From assembly GCA_964554875.1 (NCBI GenBank), contig CAZKQJ010000015.1, positions 10,302-74,301 on the forward strand: 64,000 nt of DNA, read 5' to 3'. Positions within the stretch are counted from its first letter, which is position 1. Every line of letters begins with the position of its first letter. Below the pieces are notes generated by a model. The model was not told where the DNA came from, searched no databases, and saw only the letters and a program-made list of their open reading frames with translations. Both the position numbers and the translations under genes were made by a program. Positions 9,137 to 18,556 of the stretch are shown in pieces. The DNA comes from an uncultured Spirochaetaceae bacterium. GTDB taxonomy: Bacteria > Spirochaetota > Spirochaetia > JC444 > Marispirochaetaceae.

Positions 9137-10470
9137 ACGCGCTTGTACTCCTTTATCTCCTTACGGATCCGCGCGGCAAGCTCGTTACGATGGACCCGGA
9201 CCTGCTCCATGGAGTCCCTGAAGCGGAGGGTGACCGTCCCGTCCTCCTTGGAGTCGTAGTCCACGGTAACACAGTAGGGAGTACCCCCCTCGTCCTGCCT
9301 GCGGTAGCGGCGGCCGATGGCTCCGGACTGATCGTAGAAAACGTTGAAGTCCTCCCGCAGAGCCGCCTCTATCTCTTTCGCAAGTTCGGCAATGCCGTCC
9401 TTCTTGACCAGGGGAAGAATCGCCACGGTTATGGGGGCAATTGCAGGATGAAAGTGCATCACCGTCCTGACATCCCCATCCTCGAGCTGTTCCTCCTCGT
9501 AGGCATCGGAGAGGACCATCAGTACCGAACGGGTAAGCCCCGCGGAGGTTTCAATTACGTAGGGAACATAGCGTTCCTTGGTCTGATCCTCCAGGTAGGT
9601 CTGGTCCTTACCGGAGAACTCCTGGTGCCGGCCCAGGTCGAAGTCGGTGCGGTTGTGGACCCCTTCCAGCTCCTGCCAGCCCATGGGGAAAAAATACTCG
9701 ATGTCGTAGGCGTCCTTGGCGTAGTGGGCCAGTTCGTCCGACCCGTGCTGGTGCCAGCGGAGCCGGTCGGAGCGGATACCCAGCTTCTTGTAGTAGCCCA
9801 TCCGCTGTTCTCGCCAATAGTTGAACCACTCGTCGTCGCTGCCGGGTTTAACGAAGAACTGCATCTCCATCTGCTCGAACTCGCAGGTTCTAAAGATAAA
9901 GTTCTTGGTGACGATCTCGTTGCGGAAGGCTTTTCCCACCTGGGCGATGCCGAAGGGAATCTTGACCCGGCTGGTCTGCACCACGTTGCGGAAGTTCACA
10001 AAGATTCCCTGGGCGGTTTCGGGGCGCAGGTAGACGATGTTCTTGTCGTCCTTCACCGGGCCCAGGTGGGTCTGGAACATCAGGTTGAACTGACGGGGTT
10101 CGGTGAAGGTCCCGGAGTTTCCACAGACCGGGCAGGGGGCGGAAAGATCGATGTGGTCCGCCCGGAAGCGGTTCTTGCACTCCTTGCAGTCAACAAGAGG
10201 ATCGGAAAAGTTGGCCACATGGCCCGATGCCTCCCAGACTTTGGGGTGCATCATGATTGCAGCATCCAGGCCCACGATGTTTTCGTGAAGCTGGGTCATC
10301 TCCTTCCACCAGAAGTTCTGAATATTCTTTTTCAGCTCCACCCCCATGGGGCCGTAGTCCCAGGCGGAGGAGAGGCCCCCGTAGATTTCGGAAGACTGAA
10401 ATACAAATCCCCGGCGCTTGCAGAGGGAGACGAGTTTGTCCATGGTTACTTCGGCGGTTTTTTCTGCCAT
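9133..10470 (-). CDS. glyQS: Glycine--tRNA ligase, alpha2 type
   Basis: YLRPETAQGIF, FRNEI, EFEQMEMQFF, ELEGVHNRTDFDL, IGRRYRRQDEGGTP. Confidence 0.98.
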   Translation of the reverse strand: MAEKTAEVTMDKLVSLCKRRGFVFQSSEIYGGLSSAWDYGPMGVELKKNIQNFWWKEMTQLHENIVGLDAAIMMHPKVWEASGHVANFSDPLVDCKECKNRFRADHIDLSAPCPVCGNSGTFTEPRQFNLMFQTHLGPVKDDKNIVYLRPETAQGIFVNFRNVVQTSRVKIPFGIAQVGKAFRNEIVTKNFIFRTCEFEQMEMQFFVKPGSDDEWFNYWREQRMGYYKKLGIRSDRLRWHQHGSDELAHYAKDAYDIEYFFPMGWQELEGVHNRTDFDLGRHQEFSGKDQTYLEDQTKERYVPYVIETSAGLTRSVLMVLSDAYEEEQLEDGDVRTVMHFHPAIAPITVAILPLVKKDGIAELAKEIEAALREDFNVFYDQSGAIGRRYRRQDEGGTPYCVTVDYDSKEDGTVTLRFRDSMEQVRVHRNELAARIRKEIKEYKRV

Positions 10471-10511
10471 TCTGTGCTCCTGACGTAAGAAATTATAGAT
10501 TTTCCGGACCC

Positions 10512-11987
10512 TTACAAGCGTCCTTTTAATACGGAGATCAAGCGGTCGATTCGCCTGAGGGACTCATCGGTGCCGATCAGACGGCAGCTTTCGATAAGCG
10601 GCGGTGATACGGTGCTTCCCGTCAGTCCGACTCTCAAGGGGCCCATCATGTCCCCCAGCTTGACCTCAAGCTCCTCAGCCCTGACGCGGAACTCTTCTTC
10701 CATTTCCTCGTCCCCGAGGGAATCAAGGCGGGAGATAAGTTCCCGGCCGGCTTCCAGTACCTCAACGGTTTTGGCCGGGTCCAGCTTTTTGGGCACGGCG
10801 ATACCGGGGTCATCGGCTTCGACATCCTGAAAAAGAAAGCGGACCAGGGGGGCGATCTCACCCAGGGCCTTAAGCCGCGGTTTGACCAGGGGAATAAAGT
10901 TGTCGATAATGCGCCGTTCATCCTCCGTCGGCGGATCGGAGATGATGCCGTCCCGCATCAGGAAGGGGATCAGGGCTTCCTTGAGCTCCCCATCCTCCTT
11001 CTGCCGGATGTACTGACCGTTGAACCAGGCCAGCTTCTTGTAATCGAAGACCCCCGGGGCCTTGTTCAGCTTTTCCAGGCTGAAAAGCTCTTCCAGCTCC
11101 TCCCGGCTAAAGAATTCCCGGGAGTCGTCGTAGCTCCAGCCCAGCAGGGAGACGTAGTTGAGCAGCGCTTCGGGCAGGTAACCTTCGTTGCGGAACTCCC
11201 GCACGCTGGTGGATCCGTGGCGTTTTGAGAGTTTCTGCCCGTCCTTGCCCATGACCATGGGAAGGTGGCAGTACTTCGGGGGCTCCCATCCGAAGGCTTC
11301 GTATAACAGAACATGCAGGGGGCCCGAGGGAATCCACTCCTGGGCCCGGAGAATGTGGGTAATCTCCATCAGATGGTCGTCCACCACGTTGGCCAGGTGA
11401 TAGGTGGGAAAACCGTCACCCTTGAGGATGACCGGGTCTGGGTTGATGTCCCTGTTCTTGCGGGTAATGGTTCCCATGATTTCGTCGGAGAAACTGGTGG
11501 AACCCTCCAGGGGAATCTTGAAACGGATTACCGGCTCCAGTTCCCGGGCTTTCAGATCCTCCGCCAGGCGCTTCTCGTCTTCGGGAGACAGGTCCCGGCA
11601 GCGCCGGTCGTAACCGGTGGCCTTCTTCTGGCTCTTTCTGAGCTCCTCCAGCCGTTCGGCTGTGCAGTAGCAGCGGTAGGCGTGGCCGCTTTCAAGCAGC
11701 GTGTTCGCGTATTCCCGGTACAGATCAAAGCGTTCGGACTGTACATAGGGACCGAAGTCGCCCCCCACATCGGGACCTTCGTCCCATCTGATACCGAGCC
11801 ACTGGAAGGTATCATAGAGGTCCTGCAGGGCTTCATCGGAATAACGGGTGCGGTCGGTGTCCTCCACCCGCAGTATGAAGCTGCCTCCCTGGCTTCTGGC
11901 AAAGAAATAGTTGAATAAGGCGGTCCTGACCCCGCCGATATGCTGAAGGCCCGTCGGTGACGGGGCGTAGCGTACGCGCACGCTCAT
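10512..11987 (-). CDS. gltX: Glutamate--tRNA ligase
   Basis: RVRYAPSPTGLQHIGG, LRVEDTD, PTYHLANVVDDH, KLSKRH. Confidence 0.98.
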   Translation of the reverse strand: MSVRVRYAPSPTGLQHIGGVRTALFNYFFARSQGGSFILRVEDTDRTRYSDEALQDLYDTFQWLGIRWDEGPDVGGDFGPYVQSERFDLYREYANTLLESGHAYRCYCTAERLEELRKSQKKATGYDRRCRDLSPEDEKRLAEDLKARELEPVIRFKIPLEGSTSFSDEIMGTITRKNRDINPDPVILKGDGFPTYHLANVVDDHLMEITHILRAQEWIPSGPLHVLLYEAFGWEPPKYCHLPMVMGKDGQKLSKRHGSTSVREFRNEGYLPEALLNYVSLLGWSYDDSREFFSREELEELFSLEKLNKAPGVFDYKKLAWFNGQYIRQKEDGELKEALIPFLMRDGIISDPPTEDERRIIDNFIPLVKPRLKALGEIAPLVRFLFQDVEADDPGIAVPKKLDPAKTVEVLEAGRELISRLDSLGDEEMEEEFRVRAEELEVKLGDMMGPLRVGLTGSTVSPPLIESCRLIGTDESLRRIDRLISVLKGRL

Positions 11988-12034
11988 AATTATCCTCGTT
12001 AATCCTAGTTTTTTTTCTAAGTGACTGGTGAATG

Positions 12035-12064
12035 ATTATAGCGGGGGCAGGTGTGTACCGTCAA
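12035..12064 (-). promoter_or_regulatory. Sigma70-type promoter for gltX-glyQS-tyrS
   Basis: On the minus strand, TTGACG (12064-12059), 18-bp spacer, TATAAT (12040-12035). Confidence 0.6.
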
Positions 12065-12082
12065 CGGCCCGAAAAAGGGAGA

Positions 12083-12391
12083 TCAGGGAATGTCCTGGCG
12101 GTAAAACTCGAGGGCCTCCTCCACCAGGGCCCTCCACTCTTCATCCAGAGAACCGCTAAAAGGAGTACGCCCGGCATGGCGGTACCAGTAGCGGGCGTTC
12201 CACTCCTCCCCTTCCCTGCGGTGCAGGTAGGCGTGTACCGCACTTCCCAGTACCGTGGGTGTGGACTGGGCTATGGAATGGGCAAAATCCCAGTCACCTT
12301 TTTTGTCCCACCACAAGGCCTTCAACACCTGATCCGGTACCGGATCGGGAGATGAGGCTTCAAGACTTGCCAGAAACTCGTTAAAGGTCAT
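12083..12391 (-). CDS. Conserved hypothetical protein (W/H-rich: WDFAH...HAYLHRREG...NARYWY)
   Basis: Clean ORF with a motif pattern I recognise from small uncharacterised bacterial proteins. Confidence 0.7.
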   Translation of the reverse strand: MTFNEFLASLEASSPDPVPDQVLKALWWDKKGDWDFAHSIAQSTPTVLGSAVHAYLHRREGEEWNARYWYRHAGRTPFSGSLDEEWRALVEEALEFYRQDIP

Positions 12392-12444
12392 GCTGCGTTT
12401 AAAATGTACATACAGACGGCTCCGGGGTCGAGATAAAAGGAGAA

Positions 12445-12828
12445 TTAGTTCAAGATGGCGGTATCCTTCTCAAACTGGCCTGTGGAAAGAAGAACCAGGG
12501 TGCAGGCTTCCATGTAGGGGATACCTGCGGAATCCAGGGCTTCCTTAAGCTTCTGTGACTCGGTCCCCGGATTAAAGATAACCCTCTCGGGGTTCAGCTT
12601 TACAATTGCATCAATTTCGCTGCCTATATGACGGGGACCCACATACAGGGTCAGGGTATGGATTCTCCCTTCAATCTGGGAAAGAGAATTGTGAACAGGG
12701 ACCCCCTCGATTTCTTTCAGGGTGGGATGCACGGGCACAACCTTGTACCCGTGACTTCGAAGCATGGTAAGGGCTTTATATGAGTATCGTTCCGGATTGC
12801 GGCTTGCGCCGAGAATGGCAACCTGCAT
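12445..12828 (-). CDS. CoA-binding protein (YccU-like)
   Basis: VAILGASRNPERYSY, VVPVHP, VIFNPGTES, EACTLVLL. Start moved to the ATG at 12828. Confidence 0.9.
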   Translation of the reverse strand: MQVAILGASRNPERYSYKALTMLRSHGYKVVPVHPTLKEIEGVPVHNSLSQIEGRIHTLTLYVGPRHIGSEIDAIVKLNPERVIFNPGTESQKLKEALDSAGIPYMEACTLVLLSTGQFEKDTAILN

Positions 12829-12940
12829 TATTTCCTCCAATATATGGTTTATAATATATAATGATTTCAACAAAGACAAGCTCCAGGATTTTCCCGCTCT
12901 TTATTGACCGGAAAGGGGTTTCCTCCTATGGTGATGGGTA

Positions 12941-14230
12941 ATGAGCACAACAGGCCTGACACCAAGAGTAACCCAGAAAAGCATCTTCCTTGCATGGCTT
13001 CCCCTGGCGGCCATGTGGATTTTTATGGCCGTGGAACAGCCCGGCATCGCCGCGATAATAGCACGAATGCCGGAGGTAAAGAAACAGCTTGCCATTTTTG
13101 GAGTGGTCTTTTCTTTCTCCCTGATTATCGAGAGTCCCATAATACAGATGCTTTCGGCGGGTGCGGCCCTGGGTACAAACCGCAGTAATTACAAAAAACT
13201 GCTGAACTCAATGCACCTTATGGGAATCGTGCTTACTCTGATACACCTTCTCGTGGGAGTCACCCCTCTTTTTGATTTTCTGATTCTGGAACTGATCGGT
13301 ATGCCTGGAGACTTTCTCCCAGACAGCCGGACAGCCTTCCTGCTTATGACACCCTTTACTGCCTCCGTTGGATACCGCAGGCTCTGGCAGGGGGTACTCA
13401 TCCGCAGGGGGCAGTCCAGGGTAATCCCTGCCGTCATGCTGGCCCGGCTCATGACATCCGCCCTTATTCTTATGCTTGGAATGTTCTTTCAGTTTCTTCC
13501 GGGCGCCGCCGTCGGAAGCCTGGCGTTGACAATCGGCGTCATAGTCGGAGCGGCCGGCTCCTTTGCCTTTGTGCGCCAGGAACTGCCGCGAATGGAATAC
13601 GGTGATGAAGGTTTTAGCTATGTTTCGCTTTTTCATTTTTACTATCCCCTGGCCCTTACCTCCTTCATCGATCTGGCAGCGCGGCCAATCCTTTCAGTAG
13701 GAGTTGCCAGGGCCGCAAGACCCATAGAATCCCTGGCCATCTGGCCGGTGGTAATGGGCTTTATGTTCCTCTTCAACTCCTTCGCGAAATCCTACCAGGA
13801 GATCGTTATAACCCTGAATGACAAGCCCGGGGGACAAAGGGAGCTGAAACGTTTCGCACTCCGCATGGGACTGAGCGTTTTTATCGCCTTCCAGCTGGTG
13901 GTGTTCACTCCATTACGGGATCTCTGGTTCCGCTACGTTTCAGGGCTGGATGCGGAACTGATGGAACTCCTTCCCATGTCGGTCTTCTTTGCTTCCTTTG
14001 TGCCCGCCATATTCTCATCCATATCCTATAACCGCGGGGTTCTTATAACAAGCAAACGAACGGGAATGGTCAGTCTCGGGGTCTTTATAAATTTCATGTC
14101 CATGGTGATTCTGATGTTCAGCATTCTGCTTGTACCCGGGATTACCGGAGCCACCCTGGCCGCAGCCTCTTTCTTCGGCGCCATGGCGGCGGAAGCCATC
14201 TTTCTGGCCTGGAAAAGGGGCAGAGGATAG
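12941..14230 (+). CDS. MATE/ANKH-like 12-TM membrane transporter
   Basis: Two hydrophobic halves (FLAWLPLAAMW / FHFYYPLALTS); ESPIIQML; YRRLWQGVLI. Confidence 0.65.
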   Translation: MSTTGLTPRVTQKSIFLAWLPLAAMWIFMAVEQPGIAAIIARMPEVKKQLAIFGVVFSFSLIIESPIIQMLSAGAALGTNRSNYKKLLNSMHLMGIVLTLIHLLVGVTPLFDFLILELIGMPGDFLPDSRTAFLLMTPFTASVGYRRLWQGVLIRRGQSRVIPAVMLARLMTSALILMLGMFFQFLPGAAVGSLALTIGVIVGAAGSFAFVRQELPRMEYGDEGFSYVSLFHFYYPLALTSFIDLAARPILSVGVARAARPIESLAIWPVVMGFMFLFNSFAKSYQEIVITLNDKPGGQRELKRFALRMGLSVFIAFQLVVFTPLRDLWFRYVSGLDAELMELLPMSVFFASFVPAIFSSISYNRGVLITSKRTGMVSLGVFINFMSMVILMFSILLVPGITGATLAAASFFGAMAAEAIFLAWKRGRG

Positions 14231-14269
14231 CATTCCCCGGAACCGGAAAATCTGCTATCCTTGCGCTGA

Positions 14270-15022
14270 ATGAGCATAAACGAAGGCAGCACTCCTGCAG
14301 TACAGAATTACATCCCCTCCAGGGAGTTCATGAAGGGCGCCAGGGATACAATTCCCCTGCTTTTGGGGGCCCTGCCCTTCGGCATGATCTACGGAACCCT
14401 GGCGATAACCGCGGGCTTGAGCAGAGCAGCTGCCATAGGTATGTCCGCCCTGGTTTTCGCGGGTTCGGCCCAGTTTATTGCCGTGGGCCTGATAGCCTCC
14501 GGGACGCCGGTTCTGGTCATTATCGCGACCACTTTTATCGTCAACCTGCGCCACCTGCTCTACAGCACGACCCTGCTCCCCCACCTGAAAAAGCTCCCTG
14601 TAATCTGGCGCATGCCTCTTGCCTTCTGGCTGACGGATGAAACCTTCGCCGTATCGGTCCATCGCTGGATGGCGGAAGACTCTTCCCCCAACAAGCACTG
14701 GTACCAGCTGGGATCCTCCCTTGCCATGTATCTGAACTGGCAGTTCTGGTGCTTCATGGGTCTCGTGCTGGGGGAGAGTATTCCCAATGCAGCCGAATGG
14801 GGACTCGATGTAGCCATGCCGGTTACCTTTATAGGGATGACCATTCCCTTCGTGAAAAACCTGCCCATGCTGGTCTGTGTTTTGACCGCCTCTTTCTGCG
14901 CTCTGGTCTTTAACGGACTCCCCTACAAGGCCGGATTAATGATCGCCTGCGCCCTGGGGATTCTATCCGGGCTGATCAGCGAACGGCTTCGCAGGGCCGG
15001 GAGAAGTGGGAGGCGTATATGA
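14270..15022 (+). CDS. azlC: AzlC family branched-chain amino acid exporter
   Basis: [24 protein letters not shown]. Confidence 0.9.
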   Translation: MSINEGSTPAVQNYIPSREFMKGARDTIPLLLGALPFGMIYGTLAITAGLSRAAAIGMSALVFAGSAQFIAVGLIASGTPVLVIIATTFIVNLRHLLYSTTLLPHLKKLPVIWRMPLAFWLTDETFAVSVHRWMAEDSSPNKHWYQLGSSLAMYLNWQFWCFMGLVLGESIPNAAEWGLDVAMPVTFIGMTIPFVKNLPMLVCVLTASFCALVFNGLPYKAGLMIACALGILSGLISERLRRAGRSGRRI

Positions 15023-15348
15023 GCGGTACGGAGCTGACGATCATCCTCGGTATGACCCTGGTCACCTTCGGAATACGGGGACTGATTCTGCTCTTCTCCG
15101 GAAGAATCGAGATATCCGGTGCCTGGGAGAGTGCCCTTGTCTACGTGCCGCCTGCAGTGCTGAGTGCTATAATCGCACCCTCCGTGCTGATGCCCCGGGG
15201 AAGCCTTGATGTCAGTTTCGGGAACTTCTACCTGATCAGCGGATGCGCGGCCCTGATTGCGGGAATCATTTTTCACCGGTATGCCCTGTGGGCGGCCATA
15301 GTAACCGGGCTTGCAGTCTTCGGACTCTACCGCTTTTTCTTGCTCTAG
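15019..15348 (+). CDS. azlD: AzlD family protein
   Basis: [21 protein letters not shown]; ATGA overlap with azlC. Confidence 0.85.
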   Translation: MSGTELTIILGMTLVTFGIRGLILLFSGRIEISGAWESALVYVPPAVLSAIIAPSVLMPRGSLDVSFGNFYLISGCAALIAGIIFHRYALWAAIVTGLAVFGLYRFFLL

Positions 15349-15378
15349 GGAGAAACCTGATGTAGGGTATAGAAAATA

Positions 15379-16371
15379 GTGAGAGTCATAGACAGCATAG
15401 AAAACAGAGATAGATCAGGCTTCCTGGGCACTGCTCCAATTTTCTCCTCCCTGGGAGCGGAAGAACTCGATTTCATAGCCGGACACTGCGCTCTCTACGA
15501 GTTCGATGTCGGTGAGCACATATATGCTGCAGGCTCCAAAAAGGCGGAGCTCTTTATTCTTGTGGCAGGAAAAGTCGGCATCTATCGGGAAGAAGGTGCT
15601 CTGGCCCGGTTCCTTCCCGGAGAGATATTCGGGGAACTTGGTCTTTTGGCTGACGAGCCCCGGGAGGAACTCGCCATGGCGGAGGAACAGACCCGGATTC
15701 TTATCTTTCCCAGACGGGATGTCTGCTTCCAGGAGATACTCGAATCCAGGCCGGAGCTTTCTTCCCGACTGCTGCGTAAACTCATGGAGTCAGCCGCCTC
15801 CAGGCTGCGTCAGGCCAACCGGCTTATCAAGCAGAATTCTCCCTGGATCCGGGAACTGCGGCACCAGGTCTATACAGACCCCCTGACAGGACTTCCAAAC
15901 CGGACCTATCTGGAAGAAAACCTGGCCGGCTTTTTTTCCTCCCCTCCCTGCGCCCTGCTGATGTTCAAGCCGGATAACTTTAAGCAGATTAACGACAGCT
16001 ACGGGCACGAGGCGGGGGACGCGGCGATCCGGCAAATCGGGCGCTTTCTCTCCCGCATTGCCCTGCCGGAAGAGCGGGTCGTGCGCTTCATGGGCAACGA
16101 ATACGCCCTGATCTGCCCGGAGACAGATATTGAAGAGGCCACACAACGCGCCAGGAAAATACAGAAACTTCAGGGCGCCCTTGATTACGAATACCAGGGC
16201 AAAGCAAACGGCATCGTCGTTACCGTGAGTGCCGGCATCGCCGTCTATCCCAGGCATGCTACGAATGCACCGCGGATCATCGCTCTGGCGCACGGACTGG
16301 CCATGCGGGGGAGGACCATGGGGGGCGGGCAGCTTCTGATCGCTGCCCCGGATGAGGATCAAGCATCATGA
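15379..16371 (+). CDS. cNMP-binding domain + degenerate GGDEF domain protein (MGNEY)
   Basis: FGELGLLADEPR, TDPLTGLPNR, FKQINDSYGHEAGD, RFMGNEY. Confidence 0.9.
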   Translation: MRVIDSIENRDRSGFLGTAPIFSSLGAEELDFIAGHCALYEFDVGEHIYAAGSKKAELFILVAGKVGIYREEGALARFLPGEIFGELGLLADEPREELAMAEEQTRILIFPRRDVCFQEILESRPELSSRLLRKLMESAASRLRQANRLIKQNSPWIRELRHQVYTDPLTGLPNRTYLEENLAGFFSSPPCALLMFKPDNFKQINDSYGHEAGDAAIRQIGRFLSRIALPEERVVRFMGNEYALICPETDIEEATQRARKIQKLQGALDYEYQGKANGIVVTVSAGIAVYPRHATNAPRIIALAHGLAMRGRTMGGGQLLIAAPDEDQAS

Positions 16372-17351
16372 CGGAGAAAGACTTTCTTCGTAGTGTAGAC
16401 ATATTTTCATCCCTCTCTGACGAAGAACTGGAGATTCTCGCGGAGCTGCTGAAGCGCAGTTTCATCAAAAAGGGGGAACTTCTTTTTTCTGAAGGTGATG
16501 ACGGAGAAGAGATGTTCATCGTTGAAAGCGGCAGGATGGGAGTAAACGTGGTCCTCGAAGAGGGAGCAGAACTTGAAGTCGCGAATTTCGGTCCCCGGGA
16601 GTTTTTTGGGGAGATGTCGATCTTCGAGGGAGAACCCCGCTCCGCCAGTTGCAGGGCAAAGGAAGACTGTGAACTCCTCAGCCTGAAAGCGGGAGACTTT
16701 TTCAGCCTTGCAGACCGGCACCCGGAGATGGCAAACAGAATAATGCATCGAATGCTGAATGTGACAGCCCAAAGGCTTCGAAAAACGAACCGCTTTCTGA
16801 CGGAGATGGTCAGCTGGGGGGAATCAGCGAGAAAGCGGGCCGTGAGCGACGATTTAAGCGGCCTGTACAATCGGGGATTCTTCGATGTCAGCCTCAAACG
16901 CACCGTTTCCGAGGCTCTCAGCGCGGGAGAACCACTCTGTCTTGCAATGGCAGATCTCGACGGTTTCGGCCGGCTCAACGCCCTTCACGGCGAGGAAACA
17001 TGCAACCTGGTTATCCGGAAGGCTGCAGAGGTTTTCCGTCAGGGCTTCTCCGACGGGGATATCCTGACCCGTTACGGAGGGGATGAGTTCGCCTTTATTC
17101 TGCCGGGACGAAACTTGCGGGAAGCAAAGGAGTTATGCGATGATATATGCAGAAAGATGCAGTCGCTGGAAATCAAGACGGATCGAAACAGGGAACCTGT
17201 AATACTGAGCACAAGTATCGGGATCGCCGCTCTTTCCGACGGGGTCTTTTTCGGGGAGGATCTGGTCAGGATGGCGGACGAAGCCTTGTACCGGGTCAAG
17301 ACAGCCGGTCGCGGCCGTGCCCTTTGTTACAGCTGGAGAGACAAGGGATGA
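16368..17351 (+). CDS. cNMP-binding domain + GGDEF domain protein
   Basis: FGEMSIFEGEPRSA, DDLSGLYNR, DLDGF, RYGGDEF, ADEALYRVK; ATGA overlap with the upstream gene. Confidence 0.9.
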   Translation: MTEKDFLRSVDIFSSLSDEELEILAELLKRSFIKKGELLFSEGDDGEEMFIVESGRMGVNVVLEEGAELEVANFGPREFFGEMSIFEGEPRSASCRAKEDCELLSLKAGDFFSLADRHPEMANRIMHRMLNVTAQRLRKTNRFLTEMVSWGESARKRAVSDDLSGLYNRGFFDVSLKRTVSEALSAGEPLCLAMADLDGFGRLNALHGEETCNLVIRKAAEVFRQGFSDGDILTRYGGDEFAFILPGRNLREAKELCDDICRKMQSLEIKTDRNREPVILSTSIGIAALSDGVFFGEDLVRMADEALYRVKTAGRGRALCYSWRDKG

Positions 17352-18529
17352 AAAAAAGTGACATTCGGAGCATTGCAGAAAAAAACCGAAGAGTGCAGCA
17401 CATCATCGAAGCGCTGGTCCAGAGCCGAAATGTGCTGGTTCTGGGGCATAAAAACAGCGATGAAGACTGCATCGCCTCCATGGTTGCCATCTCTCTTCTG
17501 GTTAAAAAGCTCAGCAAGAACGTTTCCATACTTCTGACCGAACAGATTCATGAACGCTTTCACTACCTTCTGAACATCTGCCGCTACAATGCCATCAATG
17601 TAATTCCCGACTGCTCCGGAGTGGCTGACGAAATCGATACAATCTGCGTTGTGGATACCCCCAAACCGGAGATGCTGCAAACCTGCGAAGGGGCGGAGAA
17701 ACTGCTTCGCTCTCCCGACATCAGGGTAATCGAGTTCGATCATCATCTGGCGGCGGACTCCGCCTATATCGCCCCCAGGGAGACAGCACTGGTGACAACA
17801 GCTTCATCAACCTGCGAACTGATTGGTTTTCTGGCCCTCAAGATGAGATGCCTTCGCGGCCGTTTCGAGGAGATTGACGGGGAAGACCTCTTCAGCCGGA
17901 ACTTTGTTCTGGCCGTTCTTACCGGAATTGTCGGTGATTCGAAGATGGGAAAGTTCATAAAAAGCCACCGGGAGCGCTGGTTTTACAAGCTCTTCTCTTC
18001 CCGTTTTTCCCGCATGCTCAGCGAAAAGACCCATCAATCTTCATCTAACCTCTCCTCCATGGAAGAAATCTTCAGTGAGATCACCAGACTTTCCCAGCTC
18101 GAGGAGGGCTGTTTCAAATACTTCATGGCCCATAAACAGCATCGCGGATGCATCGCCTATACAATCCTCGATGAAGAGAAGACCAGCCCTCTGCCGGAGG
18201 AGACCGATATGGACCTCTTCGTCTCTACCGCCCGCTCGGTGGCGGATGCCCTGGCGGAGGAGAGCGGCTGTCTGGGGATGGTGGCCTACAATGATCCGCC
18301 GGAGGTCTCGGATCTCGTCCAGTTCCGTATCCGCCGCAGCCACTCCTTCCAGGGTTTCGATCTTCGGGAGATTCTGTCCGCAGCCGGAATCGAGAACGGA
18401 GGAGGCCACGAAGGGGCCATCGGCTTCCGGGTTCCCAAAAGAGAGATCCCGGACATCGGTGTATACTGCCGGCATCTTCTGGACACCATTACTGCTGCGT
18501 TCCCACCACTGCAGGGAAACGTACAATAG
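17348..18529 (+). CDS. DHH/DHHA1 family phosphoesterase
   Basis: HKNSDEDC, VVDT, FDHH, GIVGDS, GGGHEGAIG. True start is the ATG at 17348, overlapping the TGA of the GGDEF gene. Confidence 0.9.
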   Translation: MKKSDIRSIAEKNRRVQHIIEALVQSRNVLVLGHKNSDEDCIASMVAISLLVKKLSKNVSILLTEQIHERFHYLLNICRYNAINVIPDCSGVADEIDTICVVDTPKPEMLQTCEGAEKLLRSPDIRVIEFDHHLAADSAYIAPRETALVTTASSTCELIGFLALKMRCLRGRFEEIDGEDLFSRNFVLAVLTGIVGDSKMGKFIKSHRERWFYKLFSSRFSRMLSEKTHQSSSNLSSMEEIFSEITRLSQLEEGCFKYFMAHKQHRGCIAYTILDEEKTSPLPEETDMDLFVSTARSVADALAEESGCLGMVAYNDPPEVSDLVQFRIRRSHSFQGFDLREILSAAGIENGGGHEGAIGFRVPKREIPDIGVYCRHLLDTITAAFPPLQGNVQ

Positions 18530-18556
18530 CCCCGGAGGGCTGTGGTATACTGGGGT

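Noticed and set aside
9190-10488. Long antisense ORF over glyQS (likewise 118-1380, 23964-24893, 27975-29351, 30836-31750, 50197-51453)
   Set aside because: These are shadow ORFs opposite well-recognised genes, common in GC-biased coding DNA, with no motifs or RBS.
11988-12082. T-box leader for the tRNA-synthetase operon
   Set aside because: The leader is too short (about 40 nt after the predicted -10) and has no T-box AAGGTGGNACC motif.
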